NCBI RefSeq assembly: GCF_964355755.1
Contig: NC_092679.1
Span: 20,567,432 to 20,631,431 of the forward strand
Direction of reading: 5' to 3'
Length of the DNA stretch: 64,000 nucleotides
DNA from: Antedon mediterranea
Lineage: Eukaryota; Animalia; Echinodermata
The notes beneath the pieces were generated by a model, which was not told the origin of the DNA, ran no database searches, and saw nothing but the letters and a program-made list of their open reading frames with translations. Positions 13,623 through 64,000 of the stretch are shown here, piece by piece; position 1 is the first letter of the stretch, and each line of letters begins with the position of its first letter. The translations under genes and the position numbers were made by a program.

Positions 13623-13921
13623 TAAATCTTCGTTCCCAATAGGACGCAACGCAAACGCAAGGACGTAATCCATCGCTTTTGATCGGTAAAGCTTGGTTCC
13701 CACTAGAACGTAACGCAAGGACGTAAACGCAACGCAAGCGTTTTAACCAATGACAAGCGAAGTTATAGACAGTTAGCAATCACAAGCGAATAAGCCATCG
13801 CTTATGATTGGTCAATTCACTTGCGTTGCGTTACGTCCTTGCGTTGCGTCGCTAGTGGGAACCACGCTTTAATCAAATGGCTTACGTCGTTGCGTTAGAT
13901 CCTAGTGGGAAACACGCTTTA
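13623..13921. mobile_element. MITE family A (PIF/Harbinger-like): intact copy 13690-13868 nested inside an older copy of the same family
   Basis: Inner TIR AGCTTGGTTCCCACTAG / CTAGTGGGAACCACGCT flanked by TAA/TTA. Outer halves 13623-13686 and 13872-13921 rejoin into a shorter copy. Confidence 0.8.
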
Positions 13922-14146
13922 GGAGAAACTTTTCCGTGCACTGCGGCCAAACCCTATTATTTTATGGAACACCATATGAAGGGGAAATGATGTTGTGCCT
14001 GGAAGGTGTGGTTCCTACTTCAGTTCAAAGTTGATCAACTTTGGCATTCAATTTAAATACACACTGTATAATTTATAACATATATTTGTTTCCATAATAT
14101 ATGTATTCTTTCACCCTATCATCTGTTGGTATTTAAATACATTTTA

Positions 14147-14304
14147 AGCTTGGTTTCCACTAGCACGCAACGCAAGAACGTAGACGCAAAGGAAGCGAGT
14201 TGACCAATGACAACCGACTGTTCGAATAATCCATCGCTTGTGATTGGTCAAATCACGTACGTTGCGTTACGTCATTACGTTGCGTCTCTAGTGGAAACCA
14301 AGCT
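14147..14304. mobile_element. MITE family A copy (fragments also at ~3052-3110, 6735-6815, 37320-37445, 50626-50700)
   Basis: Perfect TIR AGCTTGGTTTCCACTAG with TTA target duplication on both sides. Confidence 0.85.
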
Positions 14305-15649
14305 TTAATTAGGTAACTGAAACGTGTATTTACATAGTTTGGACAAGATTTAGCATAAAATTAAAAACAAAATAACTACATTAATTCAAAAACCAATTAC
14401 AATCCATAATCAGCAACAACAATAACATTATTTCTTCAGAAAATAATTACATTCATAAAATCTAATTCTATCAGCTGAATTTTAAAAATGGCAATTTTAG
14501 AGGGCAAGTTAGTTTAAAATTTCACCTACAGTAAAAAATTACATTTTAATATAAAATTGTATAGGCCTACTCAATTCAAGCAGCATAATATAGAAATGAA
14601 GATACAAACAGGTTTATTAAACAAAATATTCGCGAAAAAAATAGTTCATTGCCTAACGAATGTACTATAAATTATTTTACTTATATATATATATGTATTA
14701 TTTTAAACAATTGGTCATGAAATTGATTTTAATATATTTTATAAACACACATAAAACAGAGAAAATAATTTATACAACACACACGGTGGTATGGAATTAC
14801 ATCCCATAGCGGATTTATATCATAATTAATAATATAATATTCACTAATAAAATTAAAATTTGGCCCATAAAATATATCTATCATAAATAACAAAATTAAA
14901 AATTGTCACTACAGTACTAATTAATATTAATACTATACAAGAAAAAAATTATTAAAATATATAAATGTGAAAATTTACAATTCATAAAGGAAGATTTGTC
15001 TATAATATTACCTGTCTATTATAATAATATTGGTATTACATTTACAGTACTGGTCAGCGTGTGAAGAATGTTTAATCATATTATAAAATTGTTCTGATAT
15101 ATACATCACTATGTAAAAAATTTGGCATACTAAACCACTATATGACTGTGTCAATATGTACAAATACTATTGAATACAAAGTCATTGTGTATATTTCCAG
15201 TTTATAGAATATTTTCTAATGTCATTGTTGAACTGTCTGATGTTACGGTACCATGTGAATAGTCTACATGTAGGTTCTAGGTTATATTTCTACTTAATGT
15301 TAGTAAAAAAGATAAATATTTTGGCACATACTTAAGCAAAATTGAAATGCCGACTGGTCAACTAAAATAAAACTTTCACAGGGCTTTCATGGTATTGTTC
15401 GATTGGAAAGCGACTCTTTTTCAGCGTGGTACAGTGGAGCACTAGTCTTCAATTGTACGCACACACCCAACAGAGATCAAATTGATACGTCCTCTTCTTT
15501 CGGTAAATTAATTCACAAATCGGTTGCTCCGAAGAGATATATATATAAATCAACATCTGCTTTTTGTTGATGAATATGATGGTGATCGGTATCACGCTGT
15601 GGTCTTCCCGTACTTTATTTTACCTAAATATACGCGCAAGTTTTCTTCG

Positions 15650-62513
<46,864 letters not shown>

Positions 62514-63001
62514 ATTTAAAAGCGAAAACGAATAAAACTGATCAAAAGTTTATATTCAAGTTTTTATTTGTAATTTATAAAAATCAATTTGTATTTTTTT
62601 TTAAATTTAATATGTACCTACTATCAATGAATTTTTCAATTTAAATTTTGCAAAATGCGATACATTTCCACGCTATTAAGCAAGTCACGTTTCATTCAAC
62701 AATATTGAATACATATCAATCAAACGGGAATGTCATCACTTGTTTGTTTTTCATCAAACAGATTTCATGTAATATTCTTTGTTATTATTCCACCTGTTGT
62801 AAATTTCTTCTTATTAGTTCTCAAGTCATTCGCATCTAACCGGAAATATTCAAGTTTATACTCCACTGTTCGATTGGTTTTTGTCTATGTTGTTTACAGT
62901 TTCCAAGGAGATTCAATCCATTCCTATGTTGAAAACAAAAAAAACATTAATTACATTTTCAGTTACGGTAATGCAAGGTATTTTGTACAAATTTTAATTT
63001 A

Positions 63002-63317
63002 AATAATAATAATAATACCACATTTATATAGCGCCCTTTTCATGAGTAATCATGCTCAAGGGCGCTTTACAAGGATTATTACCCCAGTATTTTTTGGGAT
63101 CAAACACGTATGGAAACATACTCCCATAATGCAGCCGGTAACCAGCGCAAAGTTGTGTCTAGATCTAACTGGGTACCCATTTATACACCTGGGTGGAGAG
63201 AGGCAACGTAAGTAAAGTATCTTGCCTACGGATACAAGCAATGCGGCGAGAGTTGGATTCGAACCTAGGTCTGACGATCGGTAGTCCAACGTCCAACACA
63301 CTGCGCCACACGCCCTC
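63002..63317 (-). mobile_element. tRNA-derived CORE-type SINE with L2-like 3' tail
   Basis: A box TGGCGCAGTG, B box GGTTCGAATCC, core GGCAAGATACTTTAC...CTCTCCACCCAGGTGTATAAATGGGTACC, tail GTAAAGCGCCCTTGAG...GGCGCTATATAAAT(TAT)n. Confidence 0.8.
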
Positions 63318-64000
63318 ACTGAGATTGAAATGAAATATAGATGAATTGTAGATTTACTTTTTACCTAAATTCCTATAAATAAAAATTTTACATTTTCTTT
63401 CTCTTTGGTTGCTAGTACAAATTTCATCATTTTACTATCAGGCCTATAAATATTAATAGTATAATTATATACTGAAAATTTATTTCTCATTTGACCTAAT
63501 AAAAGAAAATATTATATTGGATAACTCGGTTAAACATTTTATTTATGGATCGATTGATTTATGGTCCAATTATAGAATGGTTTTATATACCTGTAGAATG
63601 TAATCTAAAACTGTTTACAGGTTGCTGCAGTAGAACTGTGTTCACCTGCAGTAATTAGTTAATAATAAATTGATAGTTAATTAGTTTACAATCGGTGTGT
63701 TTATTTGTAAATAATAGCATAACATGTGTGACATTCCATATGACTCAGCTTGAACAACAATTACACAAAACAATGCACTCAAATAATAGACTAGCCTGAC
63801 AGAGCATGCAGTATTGTTTGCTTAACAAATTGACAGGAAAAATAAGTTACAGGGAGGGACTTGATGGCAAAAGAATTAGGGACGTTTCATCCCAGGGATA
63901 ATTCAGCTCCGGCATGGAGGTTCTGTGGGATGAGTCAGCCTACTTTTAGCTCAAAAGTCCCACTTTTCAGACCGAAATGACCCACATTTAGGCAGAATCA

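Overview
AT-rich, intron-rich animal genomic DNA; the SINE types point to a marine invertebrate, possibly a deuterostome, but the taxon cannot be fixed from sequence alone. All genes are on the minus strand. (1) Two tandem MFSD6-like MFS transporter paralogues: copy A (<1-2943) runs off the left edge, and copy B spans ~6815-10454. (2) A complete, manually assembled 27-exon ALK/LTK-family receptor tyrosine kinase gene (62513->15650, 5283 nt, ~1760 aa). Its architecture is signal peptide, DNRLRE/CBM96-like domain, LDLa, MAM, LDLa, MAM, S/T linker, TNF-like/glycine-rich region, vestigial EGF, TM, kinase, and a long tail with three NPF motifs. The most notable feature is ALK exon 1: a single 694-nt exon encoding a DNRLRE-like domain of a type known mainly from prokaryotes (a putative polyanionic-glycan-binding module), in phase with the rest of the receptor. 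Introns are packed with non-autonomous elements: PIF/Harbinger-, Kolobok-, Mutator- and Tc1/mariner-type MITEs (some nested), Deu/Nin-domain and CORE-type tRNA SINEs, and minisatellites. All calls are by manual reading; no searches were run.
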